Shown here in pieces: positions 62,201 through 64,000 of a stretch of DNA of 64,000 bases. Position 1 is the stretch's first letter. Each line of letters starts with the position of its first letter. The stretch is taken from the IMG/VR virus record IMGVR_UViG_3300024054_000362, positions 1 through 64,000 of that record; one strand, written 5' to 3'. A program made the translations under genes and the position numbers. The notes under the pieces were generated by a model, which saw only the letters and a list, made by a program, of their open reading frames with translations, searched no databases and was not told the origin of the DNA.

Positions 62201-63037
62201 TCACGCAGCCCTCCGACGACGACGCATCAACCAGTAACCGCCACCGCCGACAGCCGCCACCGCTCCGACGATCGCGAACCACATCACTGGATTGTTTACA
62301 CGGAAGAAGTTGTCACGCTCCTCGCCCGGACGTGCGGACGTTGTTGCTGGAAATTGCGATCCTGGAAACTGCGATCCTGGAACCTTCGGCGGTACGAACG
62401 GCGGCGAGCTGGATGGCGGAACCGTCGTCGGTCCCACGTCAACACGCGGCGGTTCGACGGTCGTTGGTACGGGCTCCGTCGATGTCGAGGCCGGCGGCGT
62501 CACCGACGTTGCTCCCCCCGGCGCAGGCTCGCCGACGGCAACCGCGAACGTCGCGATGTCGACTTGCTGCACGCCTTGTGGCGGGGCATCGGTCTCGGCG
62601 ACCGACTGGTGGGTCACAGCTTGGCCGAAGTACCCACCGAAGCCCGATCGCGGCGTCGCCATCGCAGCTGCCGGCGTGAGTGCAGTGATGAAACCGGCCG
62701 CTGTCGGCGTCATCGGCGTCAACGTACGCGGTGGTACTGGAAGCGGTGGCGGCCGTAGCACGTCGAACGTCACCGCGATGCGCCACTTCCCACGACGCGC
62801 GTCGAACGCTGTGATCGTCCCGGCCGGATACAGACAGCCGACGGACGTCGCGATCATCCACGGCGCCGGGCAGAGCGGCGGTTGCGTGGGTTGTGGGTTG
62901 GTCGTCAACGCAGGCGCGAACTGTCCCGAACGCAGGCAGCCGCGCGACGTCAACACGGAACCCGGCGGACACGCTTGTGGCGTCACCGTTGGTGTCGTCG
63001 GTGTCATTCCGGGTGCGGTGGGCGATGCCGAGAACAT
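62201..63037 (-). CDS. Pro/Thr-rich tail-anchored protein
   Basis: GFGGYFGQ and NNPVMW-TM-GGGGYWLMRRRRR. Paralogous in part to the upstream gene. Confidence 0.7.
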   Translation of the reverse strand: MFSASPTAPGMTPTTPTVTPQACPPGSVLTSRGCLRSGQFAPALTTNPQPTQPPLCPAPWMIATSVGCLYPAGTITAFDARRGKWRIAVTFDVLRPPPLPVPPRTLTPMTPTAAGFITALTPAAAMATPRSGFGGYFGQAVTHQSVAETDAPPQGVQQVDIATFAVAVGEPAPGGATSVTPPASTSTEPVPTTVEPPRVDVGPTTVPPSSSPPFVPPKVPGSQFPGSQFPATTSARPGEERDNFFRVNNPVMWFAIVGAVAAVGGGGYWLMRRRRRAA

Positions 63038-63039
63038 GT

Positions 63040-64000
63040 TCAGGCCGCCTTCGCTGCGGGGACAGTTCTGCGACGACGGATATACCAGTAACCGCCACCC
63101 ACAGCGGCCACACCGCCGATCGTAGCGACCCAGAACAACGGCTTCTTGTAGAACGGCGTCGTGCCGGTCAGCTTCTCCAGCTCGGCCTCAGTAACCTGTC
63201 GAGCAGGCGCTGCGGGTGCGGTCGTCGACGGTGCCGTCTCGGTGAACGTCGCGCTCGCAGCTTGTCCGAGGCCACAGTCCCCGAAGATGCACTGACCGCC
63301 TCCGAACGTGGTGTCACGCATGATGCCAAAGCCAAGACCGGCCGTCTTGGGAGGTGTCGTAGTCGTCGGTGTCGGCGTTGTGACCGGAACCTTTGGGACG
63401 GCGACGCGATACTTGCCGAGCTTCTTGCTGAATGCGTAGACCGTGCCGGCCTTGACCGGGCTGGCCTTGACCGGGCTGGCCTTGAGCACCGTACCTGTCG
63501 TCAAGCTTTTCAGAACGTCCGGCGAGACGTGCGCCGTGATCTTGCGGCCACCGCTTGTCGTTGTCCCTGGTGCACCGGGCGTTCCCGCTTGCGGCGTTGT
63601 GCCAGCGGGGAAGATGACACGTAACGCTTTTTCGATGATCGCTGCTTGTCCGCCGACAGCGTTGTAGATCGTGTCGCGCATCTTCAAGGCCGCATCTGCG
63701 GCTTGATCACCTCTACCTTCACTGATTTCATTGCCGACTCCACGAATTAGCGCAGTAACATCTGTGAAGTGGCGGAACAAATCATATAGATTGAAGAAGC
63801 CTTTCGTCCAGCTCTCGATCTGAGCATTAGCGTCCTTCAACGTCGTAACGATCTCGGTGATGGCCGACTTGACGTCCGGCTGCTTGTCGAGCAACGACAA
63901 CTTGCTGACGAATTCAGCCGTTGCAATGAACTCGTTGAAGATCGCCGCCATCGTGATGTCGTTGATCACGCCGGTTGCTTGATCCTGTGGAATCTTTTTT
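63040..64000 (-). CDS. Tail-anchored protein (5' end beyond the window)
   Basis: GLGFG, CGLGQ and FYKKPLFW-TM-GGGYWYIRRRR. Frame is open to the window edge. Confidence 0.7.
   Translation of the reverse strand, partial: KKIPQDQATGVINDITMAAIFNEFIATAEFVSKLSLLDKQPDVKSAITEIVTTLKDANAQIESWTKGFFNLYDLFRHFTDVTALIRGVGNEISEGRGDQAADAALKMRDTIYNAVGGQAAIIEKALRVIFPAGTTPQAGTPGAPGTTTSGGRKITAHVSPDVLKSLTTGTVLKASPVKASPVKAGTVYAFSKKLGKYRVAVPKVPVTTPTPTTTTPPKTAGLGFGIMRDTTFGGGQCIFGDCGLGQAASATFTETAPSTTAPAAPARQVTEAELEKLTGTTPFYKKPLFWVATIGGVAAVGGGYWYIRRRRTVPAAKAA

Overview
GC-rich, gene-dense 64 kb segment that looks like part of a very large bacterial virus. It has many short orphan ORFs, several HNH endonucleases, dCTP deaminase, PyrE, a holin-like gene with a GH25 endolysin, collagen-like fibre genes, about 13 tRNAs plus aberrant tRNA-like units, and no ribosomal or other housekeeping operons. 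A Myxococcota-like host is inferred from host-type genes. No capsid, terminase or polymerase gene is recognisable here. Main observations: (1) a type I-C-like CRISPR locus whose Cas7 appears circularly permuted, followed directly by a degenerate array of about 45-50 units with no adaptation genes in between; (2) a dispersed ubiquitin-like conjugation set (TROVE/vWA protein, Cys-bearing E2-like candidate, JAB protease, Ubl ending in -FG-R, ThiF/E1); (3) at least 13 copies of a GATCGC-N4-GCGATC palindrome just upstream of -10 boxes and mostly leaderless genes; (4) a family of tail-anchored membrane proteins carrying FG/GLG motifs; (5) anticodon-less mini-tRNAs, a tRNA(CAU) with a large insertion, and a complete set of short-arm tRNA-Leu. 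All family calls come from motif recognition by eye, not database searches.
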